Source of the DNA: FCB group bacterium
GTDB lineage: Bacteria; Fidelibacterota; Marinisomatia; Marinisomatales; JAADGP01
Length of the DNA: 61,028 nt
Reading direction: 5' to 3'
Assembly (NCBI GenBank): GCA_013152315.1
Contig: JAADGP010000043.1
Span: 1-61,028 of the forward strand
A model generated the notes under the pieces. That model made no database searches and was not told the origin of the DNA. It worked only from the letters and a program-made list of their open reading frames with translations. Positions 47,971-56,193 of the stretch are shown one piece after another. How positions within the stretch are numbered: the stretch's first letter is position 1; every line of letters begins with the position of its first letter. Both the position numbers and the translations under genes were made by a program.

Positions 47971-49599
47971 GTGTTGATTGTGAAGATTGCTTTGTGCCAG
48001 ATAAATCCCACGGTTGGGCATTTCGAATATAATTCGAAAAAAATGCTGGAATACTACCGGAGGGCGGTTAAACAGGGGGCCGATCTGGTGGTTTTTCCGG
48101 AGCTTATTACAACCGGCTATCCCCCCCAGGATTTGCTCTGGGAGGCGGGGTTTGTCGAGAAAAATATTGAGTCGATGATTTCAATCGGTCGTCAGACGAC
48201 CGTGCCGATGATTTTCGGATATGTGCGCCAGGCGGGGCATCACCTTTTCAACAGCGCTGCCATCTGGCGGGATGGGGCGCAAGTTTATAATTACGACAAA
48301 ATTCTTCTGCCCACTTACGATGTCTTTGATGAGGACCGCTATTTTCGGCCCGGGAATAAACCCGGCGTCTGGTCCTGTGATCATAACGGTAAACCGTTAA
48401 AGATCGGGATACAGATTTGTGAAGACCTCTGGGATGAGAATTACGATTGCAAAGTGTCGCAATTACAGAGGGAGGCCGGAGCGGAATTGATTATTAACAT
48501 TTCCGCGTCGCCCTACCACGAAGGGAGGTTGCTGGACCGAATGCGTTTATTCGAGGAGAAAGTCTCAACGACCAAAGTACCGTTTTTGTATTGCAATCTG
48601 GTGGGAGCGCAGGATGAATTGATTTTCGACGGACAGTCGATGGCGATCAATGCCGACGGGGAATTGCTGGCTCAGGGCAAGGCGTTTGAAGAAGAAATTG
48701 TGTTGGTTGATCTGGATCAACCGGCGACCGCGCAACTGAAAACCGTACCGCGGGAGGAAGAATTGTACCGGGCCCTTTGCCTGGGAGTTCAGGATTATTT
48801 CCGGAAAACCGGACACCGGGAGGCGGTGATTGGTCTGAGCGGCGGGATTGATTCCAGTCTGGTGGCGTGTATCGCGACGGATGCCCTGGGGGCCCGGAAT
48901 GTGCACGGCATATCGCTTCCGTCGGTGTATTCCAGTGATCACAGTTTGTCGGACGCCGGCCGATTATCGAAAAACCTGGGGATTGATTACAAAGTAATCC
49001 CGATTCAGGAAATCGTGGAAGTATATGAATCCACTTTAAAACCTTATTTTGCCCGAATGGAACGGGATGTTACCGAGGAAAATATCCAGGCGCGCGTGCG
49101 TGGAAATTTGCTGATGGCCCTGTCAAATAAGTTTAACTGGCTGGTGTTATCCACGGGCAATAAAACCGAATTGGCACTGGGGTATTGTACCCTGTATGGT
49201 GATATGAGTGGCGGTTTGGCGGTAATCTCCGATTTATCGAAAGTGGATGTTTACGCGCTTTCGCGATGGGTGAACAAGGTCGCCGGTAAGGAGCGGATTC
49301 CGGAATCGTGTTTAACCAAGCCGCCATCGGCCGAATTGGCCCCGGATCAGGTTGATCCATTTGACTATGAAGTTGTGAGTCCCTTGGTGGATGCTTTGGT
49401 GGAGGAGAGAAAAGCGCCGCGCGAACTAATTGATCAGGGAGCCGATCCGGAAACGGTGTACCATCTTTACCATTTAATCCGGATTAATGAATATAAACGG
49501 CGACAGGCGGCGCTGGGATTACGGGTAAGTCCGAAAGCTTTTGGTGTGGGCCGACGAATCCCGATCGTGAACCATTTTAACGGAAAAAGGGATCGATGA
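47971..49599 (+). CDS. nadE: glutamine-dependent NAD+ synthetase
   Basis: 542 aa with an N-terminal CN-hydrolase domain (FPEL, CEDLW) and C-terminal PP-loop GLSGGIDSS. Confidence 0.94.
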   Translation: MLIVKIALCQINPTVGHFEYNSKKMLEYYRRAVKQGADLVVFPELITTGYPPQDLLWEAGFVEKNIESMISIGRQTTVPMIFGYVRQAGHHLFNSAAIWRDGAQVYNYDKILLPTYDVFDEDRYFRPGNKPGVWSCDHNGKPLKIGIQICEDLWDENYDCKVSQLQREAGAELIINISASPYHEGRLLDRMRLFEEKVSTTKVPFLYCNLVGAQDELIFDGQSMAINADGELLAQGKAFEEEIVLVDLDQPATAQLKTVPREEELYRALCLGVQDYFRKTGHREAVIGLSGGIDSSLVACIATDALGARNVHGISLPSVYSSDHSLSDAGRLSKNLGIDYKVIPIQEIVEVYESTLKPYFARMERDVTEENIQARVRGNLLMALSNKFNWLVLSTGNKTELALGYCTLYGDMSGGLAVISDLSKVDVYALSRWVNKVAGKERIPESCLTKPPSAELAPDQVDPFDYEVVSPLVDALVEERKAPRELIDQGADPETVYHLYHLIRINEYKRRQAALGLRVSPKAFGVGRRIPIVNHFNGKRDR

Positions 49600-49637
49600 G
49601 GGGGCGTTTTTTTAAAATCAACCGGGGAGGAAGTAGC

Positions 49638-50105
49638 ATGCGTATTTGTACAACCGGCAGGAAAAGAGGAAGAACCGGATTATGGTTGTTGGTAAGCATG
49701 ATGCTGATTGTGCCGGTTTCCGCCCAGAAAGCCAGTCCGGCTGAATATTGGAAATCGTTGTCGGAACCGGAAAAAGTGGCCTTTGTTAACGGAGCCTACG
49801 CAACCCTGGTTAAATTGAAAGCTCATCATCAGCACGAAGTAAAAAAACAATATGTTTACGATCCCAACTGGGTTGCGCCGTACTATATCGAGAGATTTTA
49901 TGAAATAATCGATGAACATTTATCGCAAAATGTCGGTTACAATCTGGACATTATTACCCAACACATGGACGCTTTATATGCCAATTACGATAACCGCAAT
50001 ATTCCCCTGATCGATATGCTCAGAATCGTTTCGGTCTCCCAGGATGGCGACCAGCAAAAAGCCAATCTGTTGTTATTGCAAGCGCAACGGAAATACCGGC
50101 CTTAG
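49638..50105 (+). CDS. hypothetical secreted protein
   Basis: ATG 49638 follows a GGAGG 8 nt upstream. Signal-like GLWLLVSMMLIVPVSAQ. No family recognised. Confidence 0.55.
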   Translation: MRICTTGRKRGRTGLWLLVSMMLIVPVSAQKASPAEYWKSLSEPEKVAFVNGAYATLVKLKAHHQHEVKKQYVYDPNWVAPYYIERFYEIIDEHLSQNVGYNLDIITQHMDALYANYDNRNIPLIDMLRIVSVSQDGDQQKANLLLLQAQRKYRP

Positions 50106-50170
50106 ATATTATTGCTCTATAAATAATACAAAGACACCAAGGACACGGAGGGGATAAGGGTATATGGTTT

Positions 50171-50217
50171 GTCAGCGCGTGTCACGTTTCCCCCGGCACA
50201 CGCTACACTTTTGTCAG
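50171..50217 (+). repeat. family-2 element, degenerate copy
   Basis: GTGTCACGTTTCCCCCGGCACACGCTACAC matches only the 5' half of the consensus. Confidence 0.4.
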
Positions 50218-51182
50218 TATTCAAAATATTCAAACGCGTCGACAATATCCAAGTAGACGCCGTCGAATCCGGCGGCGATAATCCGATCCAGATAGGCGGT
50301 GCTGTCTCCGTATATCAGCGCCTGCCACTGGGAGTTCCAATAGTGGACTTTGTAATTACCGGGCCAGTCGGGATTCTCTTCTCCTAACCAGGATGGTGGC
50401 GCCGTCGACCAGTCCGCCTGCCAATAATACCGGTAGTCTTCGGCCTCGCCGATACTCATATAGGCTATGACCAGCCGTTTGCCCCCGTTTTTCTTGGTTT
50501 TCAATGACAATACATCTTCGGGCGTCAGCATATCCTCATCGTAGAAAAGATCGATAATGATCAAATCGTAATTGGTGGCCTGGATTGCTTCCAAAAAACT
50601 GGTCTTGGAATTATAGGCGACGGGATTAATCAGATACAGGAAATTGCGTGCTTCCGAAAGGTTGGCAACGTCCAGATTGTTTTCCATATAGGGCGCGGAT
50701 GGATAATCGGGGATATTATCCAATTCCCGGTGATCGGCGGCGAAAGAGATGTAACCCCGGTTCGCGTTCTGGGAGTAAGAGTCGTCCATTTTGGAGGGCG
50801 TGGAGCAATAATCAATCGCCAGAACTTCAACGCCGTTGTTTTCCGCCAGATCAAGGAGCTTTAACATATCTTCGCGCTCGGAAAGGGGCGTGGGAGTATT
50901 GTCACCATCATAACCATAGAACAAATCTTCGCGGCCTTGTCCATCGATCGCGTAAACGTAGAAAGATACCAGAGGGGCCGTTGTGTCACCGTTTTCGGTT
51001 AACAATTCCTGCCCGTTTTGCGGAATAATGATAAAATCCGGATTGCCGGCCTTGGCGTAGTAACTGATATTCTGGATAAAAATACGCATCGACTGGCGGT
51101 AATCCAGGTTCAGATCGTTCGTGGATTCCACGCAACCGTTCAATGACCACAATACCGGAATCAGGTAGTTTAAATATTTCAT
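50214..51182 (-). CDS. putative glycoside hydrolase lipoprotein (GH114 / TM1410-like TIM barrel)
   Basis: Lipoprotein signal MKYLNYLIPVLWSLNGC at the internal ATG 51182. IAYMSIGEAEDYRYYW and GFDGVYLDIVD motifs recall the GH114/TM1410 family. The family call is from memory. Confidence 0.55.
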   Translation of the reverse strand: MKYLNYLIPVLWSLNGCVESTNDLNLDYRQSMRIFIQNISYYAKAGNPDFIIIPQNGQELLTENGDTTAPLVSFYVYAIDGQGREDLFYGYDGDNTPTPLSEREDMLKLLDLAENNGVEVLAIDYCSTPSKMDDSYSQNANRGYISFAADHRELDNIPDYPSAPYMENNLDVANLSEARNFLYLINPVAYNSKTSFLEAIQATNYDLIIIDLFYDEDMLTPEDVLSLKTKKNGGKRLVIAYMSIGEAEDYRYYWQADWSTAPPSWLGEENPDWPGNYKVHYWNSQWQALIYGDSTAYLDRIIAAGFDGVYLDIVDAFEYFEY

Positions 51183-51192
51183 GATCTTAAAA

Positions 51193-51645
51193 TTATACAT
51201 CCGGGTATTTCCGTTTTGTAAAATAAACGATGTCCTCAAATTCCGAATAACCCATCGCCTTAAAAGCATTAATGGAATCGTGATTCCATCCTTCCACCAG
51301 ACAGGCAATGATATCGATTCCCAGTTTATTCAAATCCTCTTCAACCCGGGTTACCAGTTTGCGGGCGATTCCCCGGCCGCGATATTCGGGGTGAACCGCC
51401 AGGCGGTTTATCCAGCCTTTGCGCCCGTCGTGGGTTCCGAAAATGGATCCGACGATTTGACCATCGCATTCGGCGACATAAAAAAGGGCCTTACCCGCTT
51501 GTAATTCCCGTTCGATCTTATCGCGTCGGTCACGGCCTTTGGGCTTGTATGGCAACCGGGATTTTTCCCAAAGTTCGATTAAGGTGTCGTAATCCCCGAT
51601 CCGGAATTTACGCAGTTTTACTTTTGCTTTACTTTCCCTGTTCAT
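51193..51645 (-). CDS. GNAT-family N-acetyltransferase
   Basis: 150 aa with the acetyl-CoA site LAVHPEYRGRGIARKL. Confidence 0.85.
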   Translation of the reverse strand: MNRESKAKVKLRKFRIGDYDTLIELWEKSRLPYKPKGRDRRDKIERELQAGKALFYVAECDGQIVGSIFGTHDGRKGWINRLAVHPEYRGRGIARKLVTRVEEDLNKLGIDIIACLVEGWNHDSINAFKAMGYSEFEDIVYFTKRKYPDV

Positions 51646-52168
51646 TGCTTATGGTGTCGACGGTTTGCAAAACGGTTATGGCGTTCTTAAAAAGCGTTGA
51701 ATTCGGGATCAGAATTACCTTATCGTTGGATTGAATGGTAGTGTACCGCAAATTAATTTCAACAACGGTGCCTTCATAGCCCGCCACGGATATTACGTCG
51801 TTCAAACGGAAAGGATTGTGGAGGAGGATCATCACCCCGGCAATTGAGTTGGAAAGGGTGTCCTTCAAGGCAAATCCCACGGCGAATCCGGTTAGTCCCA
51901 ATCCGGTAACCAGGGCGGAAACATCGATTCCCAAGGTTCCCAGCGCGGAAACGGCGCCGAAAATAATCATGCAGATTTTTGCCACCCGCCCGGCCAGGTT
52001 CAGCAGTTCCTGATTCAGTTTCCGTTCAATGCTGAGACGGTGGATAATTTTTTGCAGGATCAGCCCGCCAATCCAGAACGCAATAAATAATAATAAACTG
52101 ATAATGATGTTGGGCACTTTTGTGATCAATTGAGCCGTGTATCCGGCAAGTAATTGTTTTATTTCCAT
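51629..52168 (-). CDS. small MscS-family mechanosensitive channel protein
   Basis: 179 aa with three TM helices followed by an MscS beta-domain (PFRLNDVISVAGYEGTVVEINLRYTTI). Lacks the usual C-terminal alpha/beta domain. Confidence 0.75.
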   Translation of the reverse strand: MEIKQLLAGYTAQLITKVPNIIISLLLFIAFWIGGLILQKIIHRLSIERKLNQELLNLAGRVAKICMIIFGAVSALGTLGIDVSALVTGLGLTGFAVGFALKDTLSNSIAGVMILLHNPFRLNDVISVAGYEGTVVEINLRYTTIQSNDKVILIPNSTLFKNAITVLQTVDTISNEQGK

Positions 52169-52227
52169 AAAGGAAAGTTACTGTCAATTGGGGCATTTCT
52201 CAAGACAGCGCGAAATTTCTTATCAAG

Positions 52228-52603
52228 GTACGTCAACCATCCCTGTCTCCACTGCGTTATGCCAGACAAGCTTGCTTGACGATTCCCATTGAGGATTTAT
52301 ATTCGACAACCGAGGACGGAGTACGTCAACCATCCTTGGTTGACGGTTTCTGTTGATACATCATACTCGACAACCACGGAAGGAGTACTTCAAGTATCCC
52401 TGTCTAAACAGTGCTACGCCAGGCAAGCTTGGTTTACGGTTCTTGCTGAGGGTTCTTACTTATCATCCATGCTCGACAACCGAGGACGGTTGTCGCACTT
52501 GTACGTCAAGCATCTTTGCTTGACGAATACCGGAGTTTAATTTTATTAGCATCAAGTCGACAACCAAGGAACTTGTCCCGCAACGGCGGGATGGTTGTCG
52601 TAC
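52228..52603. repeat. REP/BIME-like array (family 1), upstream of RAYT
   Basis: Units: B-long 52228-52281, B-short 52321-52346, degenerate B-long 52385-52439, A-short(-) 52472-52498, B-short 52501-52525, A-long(-) 52556-52603. Degenerate A half-units lie at ~52301 and ~52367. Confidence 0.9.
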
Positions 52604-52653
52604 TCTTGGTTTGAAAGTTTTGAAAAAATTATAGTTGTGCGAAATTTACTATT

Positions 52654-53292
52654 ATGAAACAGGTCTATTATCGACATCTTCCTCACATTCAACCCCTTGG
52701 CGCAACAATATTTGTAACCTTTCGATTAGCTGGAAGTTTACCCCAGGAAGTAATAGACCAGTTAAAGGAAGAAAAAAACACATTAATAAAAATTATACGG
52801 AATTGCCCCGATAAGGCGAGGAGTATTGCTAAAAAAGAGCTGAAACAACTCTATTATCGATATGATGAATTTTTGCATAATTCGTCGGTCGGGCCTCATT
52901 ATTTACGAATTGGTAAGATTGCTGAATTAGTCTGTGATTCAATGAAATATTGGGATCAAAAGAAATACGATTTATTGGCATATTGTGTGATGTCGAACCA
53001 TGTGCATAAAGTAATTGTTCCTTTGTCGATAAAAGAAGATGAATATTATTCGTTAGCGGATATTATGCACAGTATCAAAAGTTATTCAGCAAGTGAAGCG
53101 AATAAGATATTAGATCGGAAAGGTCAGTTCTGGACACATGAAAGTTTCGATCATTATTGTCGTAGTGAGGGAGAAGAACTTGAAGTAATAAAATATGTTC
53201 TCAATAATCCTGTAAAAGCCGGTCTGGTTAAAAATGCAAAACACTGGAAATGGAGTTACGTGAAAGAAGAATTGAAGGACTATATTGGATAA
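52654..53292 (+). CDS. REP-associated tyrosine transposase (RAYT; IS200-like Y1 HUH enzyme)
   Basis: 212 aa with YRHLPHI, the HUH motif in CVMSNHVHKVIV and a Tyr motif IKYVLNNPVKAGLV. Flanked on both sides by palindromic repeat arrays. Confidence 0.88.
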   Translation: MKQVYYRHLPHIQPLGATIFVTFRLAGSLPQEVIDQLKEEKNTLIKIIRNCPDKARSIAKKELKQLYYRYDEFLHNSSVGPHYLRIGKIAELVCDSMKYWDQKKYDLLAYCVMSNHVHKVIVPLSIKEDEYYSLADIMHSIKSYSASEANKILDRKGQFWTHESFDHYCRSEGEELEVIKYVLNNPVKAGLVKNAKHWKWSYVKEELKDYIG

Positions 53293-53293
53293 T

Positions 53294-53591
53294 GTACGTC
53301 AAGCATCCTTGCTTGACGGTTCCTGTTATTGAATCATGCCTGACAACCGAGGACGCTTCCCATTGATGGGGCACTCGACAACCGGGGACGGTTGTCGTAC
53401 ATGTACGTCAAGCATCCCTGGTTACACTGCGTTACGCCAGGCAAGCCTGCTTGACGATTTCTGTTGAGGGATCATGCTCGACAACCAAGGATGGTTGTCG
53501 TACTTTTGTATCCCTGCTTGACGGTTCCTGCTGAGGGGTTACACCCGACAACCGAGGAACTTGTCCCGCAGCGGCGGGACGGTTGTCGTAC
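53294..53591. repeat. REP/BIME-like array (family 1), downstream of RAYT
   Basis: Units: B-short 53294-53319, A-short(-) 53374-53400, B-long 53403-53456, A-short(-) 53477-53503, B half 53508-53524, A-long(-) 53544-53591. Confidence 0.9.
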
Positions 53592-53646
53592 ATGGTTCTG
53601 TCAGCTGTGATTTTTAATAAAGGTCAGAAGAAGCTTGATTTGAATA

Positions 53647-53710
53647 TATACTATATTGTATAATGTGTACGATAATAGTATAATAAAACGGAAAACGTAA
53701 ACATAGTATA
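53647..53710. promoter_or_regulatory. candidate TetR operator/promoter
   Basis: TATACTAT (53647-53654) faces ATAGTATA (53675-53682), and a third ATAGTATA lies at 53703-53710 just before ATG 53716. A TATAAT is at 53659-53664. Confidence 0.45.
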
Positions 53711-53715
53711 GCAAT

Positions 53716-54321
53716 ATGAGTACCAAAGAAAAACGTAATTCTCCCAAGTATAATCAGGTCCTGAGAACAGCCGAAGAATTGTTTATGCGGTACGGCATCC
53801 GACGGGTTACGGTTGAGGAAATATGCAGAACCGCGAACGTCAGCAAAATGACCTTCTACAAATTTTTCAAAAACAAAGGCGATTTGGCTCATAAAATCAT
53901 TATTAGTCTTTATGATGAAGGGCAAGAGACATTTGACCGTATTATGCAACAGGACATTCCTTTTGCGGAAAAGATGAACCAGGTGATTCAATTTAAGCTT
54001 GAATACGGGAAACGTTTCAGTAAGGAGTTTTTCCAGGACATTTTCGGGTTTTCCCCGGAAATCAGGGCGATTGTTATGGAGCGCTCCCAACAGGGCATTC
54101 AACAGATTCTGGAAATATTTAAGCAGGCCCAGCAGCGGGGGGAGATCAGGAAAGATCTTAACCTGAAATTCGTGGCTTATATGCTGGATAATCTCCTGGA
54201 ATTACGAGAGGACCCCCGTATGCTGGCGCTTTTCCCGGATACCTATGAATTGGTTCGCGAATGGATGAATTATTTCTTTTATGGCATCATGGGTAAGAGC
54301 GATCAGGATAATGCGGGTTAA
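53716..54321 (+). CDS. TetR/AcrR-family transcriptional regulator
   Basis: 201 aa with N-terminal HTH VTVEEICRTANVSKMTFYKFFKNKGDL. Confidence 0.9.
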   Translation: MSTKEKRNSPKYNQVLRTAEELFMRYGIRRVTVEEICRTANVSKMTFYKFFKNKGDLAHKIIISLYDEGQETFDRIMQQDIPFAEKMNQVIQFKLEYGKRFSKEFFQDIFGFSPEIRAIVMERSQQGIQQILEIFKQAQQRGEIRKDLNLKFVAYMLDNLLELREDPRMLALFPDTYELVREWMNYFFYGIMGKSDQDNAG

Positions 54322-55453
54322 ATTATTGATCATTGTGATTATGGCAGCGACTGTTTCGCCGCAAATAATGGCGGAGACTTTACCATTCGACATCCAGGGG
54401 GAGCTTTCCGGTTGGAATTATTTTGTGGGCGATGGATTTGATTCCACAGAAACTCAACTAGGTCTTCGCTACATACCGAACGTCAGCGCGGAACTGTTTA
54501 CAATTGGTGAGGGGACAGTCGATATTGAACTTTCCGGTAATCTTTATTATTCAAAATGGATCGCCGGGAAACAAGGCGAAACATACGACTTGAAACCGTA
54601 TCGCTTGTGGATTCGCTACACCGACGACCGTTTTGAGGCGCGGCTGGGGCTGCAGAAGATTAATTTCGGTCCGGCGAAAGTTTTACGGACATTGATGTGG
54701 TTTGACCGCCTGGACCCCCGCGACCCGCTGCAGTTAACGGAAGGGGTCTATGGGATCAGAATGCGCTATGATTTCCCGAATAATGCGAATATCTGGGGGT
54801 GGGGATTGTTTGGGAATCGCGACCCGAAGGGATGGGAGTTTATCGGTACGGAAAAAGGAACCCCCGAATATGGCGGCCGGGTACAATATCCATTGGGGAA
54901 CGGTGAGGTTGCGTTTACCACGCATTACCGGGTGCTTAGTCCGACAGTTGCCCGGAGTGGAGATGTCGTGGTTGGTAAAAATACCCGCGAACACCGGGTC
55001 GCGCTTGACGGAATCTGGGATCTTGGCGTGGAGGTATGGTTCGAGTCGGCTTTGGTCAACAGCCCGTTTGTGAATAGCCCTGTGGACTGGCAATCGTTTC
55101 TTACCCTGGGAATGGACTATACGTTTCCGGTTGGGAATGGATTGCTGGTATTGGGAGAACATTTATCAGGAGGTATGGGCAGCGCGCCGTTCAACCGGGA
55201 TGAAAAGGTTGATTTAACCGGGTTCCTGATTTCTTACCCCCTGGGACTTACCGATCAAATCGCTTTCTTTCAGTTTTACAATTGGTATTTGAAAGCGCCG
55301 TATTACTATATGAGTTGGCAGCGAACATATGATTTCTGGAGATTTTACGTTGGTGGATATTGGAGTCCCAGAACCAACACGGTTAGTATCAATGAATCGC
55401 TGGCAACCCCGGGCAGAAGCGGTTTGCAGATTATCATTATTTTCAATCATTAA
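54311..55453 (+). CDS. hypothetical outer-membrane beta-barrel-like protein
   Basis: Signal peptide MRVKLLIIVIMAATVSPQIMA at ATG 54311, which overlaps the TetR stop. Alternating amphipathic strands rich in Y/W/G. No family recognised. Confidence 0.6.
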   Translation: MRVKLLIIVIMAATVSPQIMAETLPFDIQGELSGWNYFVGDGFDSTETQLGLRYIPNVSAELFTIGEGTVDIELSGNLYYSKWIAGKQGETYDLKPYRLWIRYTDDRFEARLGLQKINFGPAKVLRTLMWFDRLDPRDPLQLTEGVYGIRMRYDFPNNANIWGWGLFGNRDPKGWEFIGTEKGTPEYGGRVQYPLGNGEVAFTTHYRVLSPTVARSGDVVVGKNTREHRVALDGIWDLGVEVWFESALVNSPFVNSPVDWQSFLTLGMDYTFPVGNGLLVLGEHLSGGMGSAPFNRDEKVDLTGFLISYPLGLTDQIAFFQFYNWYLKAPYYYMSWQRTYDFWRFYVGGYWSPRTNTVSINESLATPGRSGLQIIIIFNH

Positions 55454-55480
55454 TGAATTGTTATCGAAAAGGACGACACG

Positions 55481-56182
55481 ATGGATAAGGCGGCTATTAT
55501 TACAGTGGAAAATGTGTACAAATCGTTTCCCATGGGAACGGGGGAATTCACGGCTTTGAAGGAAGTAAATTTGACTTTTGGTGAAGGGGAGTTCACGGGG
55601 ATCGTGGGACCCAGTGGTTCGGGTAAAACCACGTTATTGAATATTATCGGTTCCCTGGATGTCCCGACCAAGGGGAAGGCGATTGTCATGGGGCGCAATA
55701 TTAACGATCTGACCCAGAAAGAGGCGGCGGATTTACGAAACCGGTATCTGGGGTTTATTTTCCAGACCTACAATTTATTACCGGTTTATAATGTCTACGA
55801 AAATGTCGAGTTACCTTTATTGTTGTTGGGAATGCCATCGAAGGAGCGGGATACGGCAATCAGGCAGGCGTTGGACTGGGTTGGACTCAGCGATAAAATC
55901 GAGTCCCGACCGGCGCAACTATCCGGAGGGGAGTGCCAACGTGTCGCGATCGCGCGCGCGATGGTGAAAAAACCGAAAATCGTTCTGGCGGATGAACCCA
56001 CGGCTAATCTGGACGCGAAAAATTCCCACCATATCCTGCGAACAATGGAAGCGTTGAACCGGGAACTGGGCACCACCTTTATCTTCGCTACCCATGACGA
56101 AAAAGTAATCCGATATCTGCGCCGGAAAGTATCATTGGAGGATGGTAAGGTAGTGGCTGACCAGTCAATGAAAACGCAATAA
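55481..56182 (+). CDS. ABC transporter ATP-binding protein (LolD/MacB type)
   Basis: 233 aa with GPSGSGKTT, LSGGECQRVAIARA and LADEPTANLD. Confidence 0.93.
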   Translation: MDKAAIITVENVYKSFPMGTGEFTALKEVNLTFGEGEFTGIVGPSGSGKTTLLNIIGSLDVPTKGKAIVMGRNINDLTQKEAADLRNRYLGFIFQTYNLLPVYNVYENVELPLLLLGMPSKERDTAIRQALDWVGLSDKIESRPAQLSGGECQRVAIARAMVKKPKIVLADEPTANLDAKNSHHILRTMEALNRELGTTFIFATHDEKVIRYLRRKVSLEDGKVVADQSMKTQ

Positions 56183-56193
56183 AGGGAAACGAG

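Larger units (their letters stand above)
52228..53591 (+). mobile_element. RAYT locus: RAYT gene embedded in REP/BIME-like arrays
   Basis: CDS 52654..53292 is flanked by arrays at 52228-52603 and 53294-53591. The arrays are built of alternating GTACG-initiated palindromic units A and B. Confidence 0.8.

Noticed and set aside
52228-53591. The regularly recurring repeats around 52-53.6 kb could be a CRISPR array.
   Set aside because: There are two different palindromic unit types that alternate in opposite orientation, with irregular and partly conserved spacers and degenerate half-units. No cas genes are present. A RAYT gene sits in the middle. REP/BIME-like arrays explain the pattern better.
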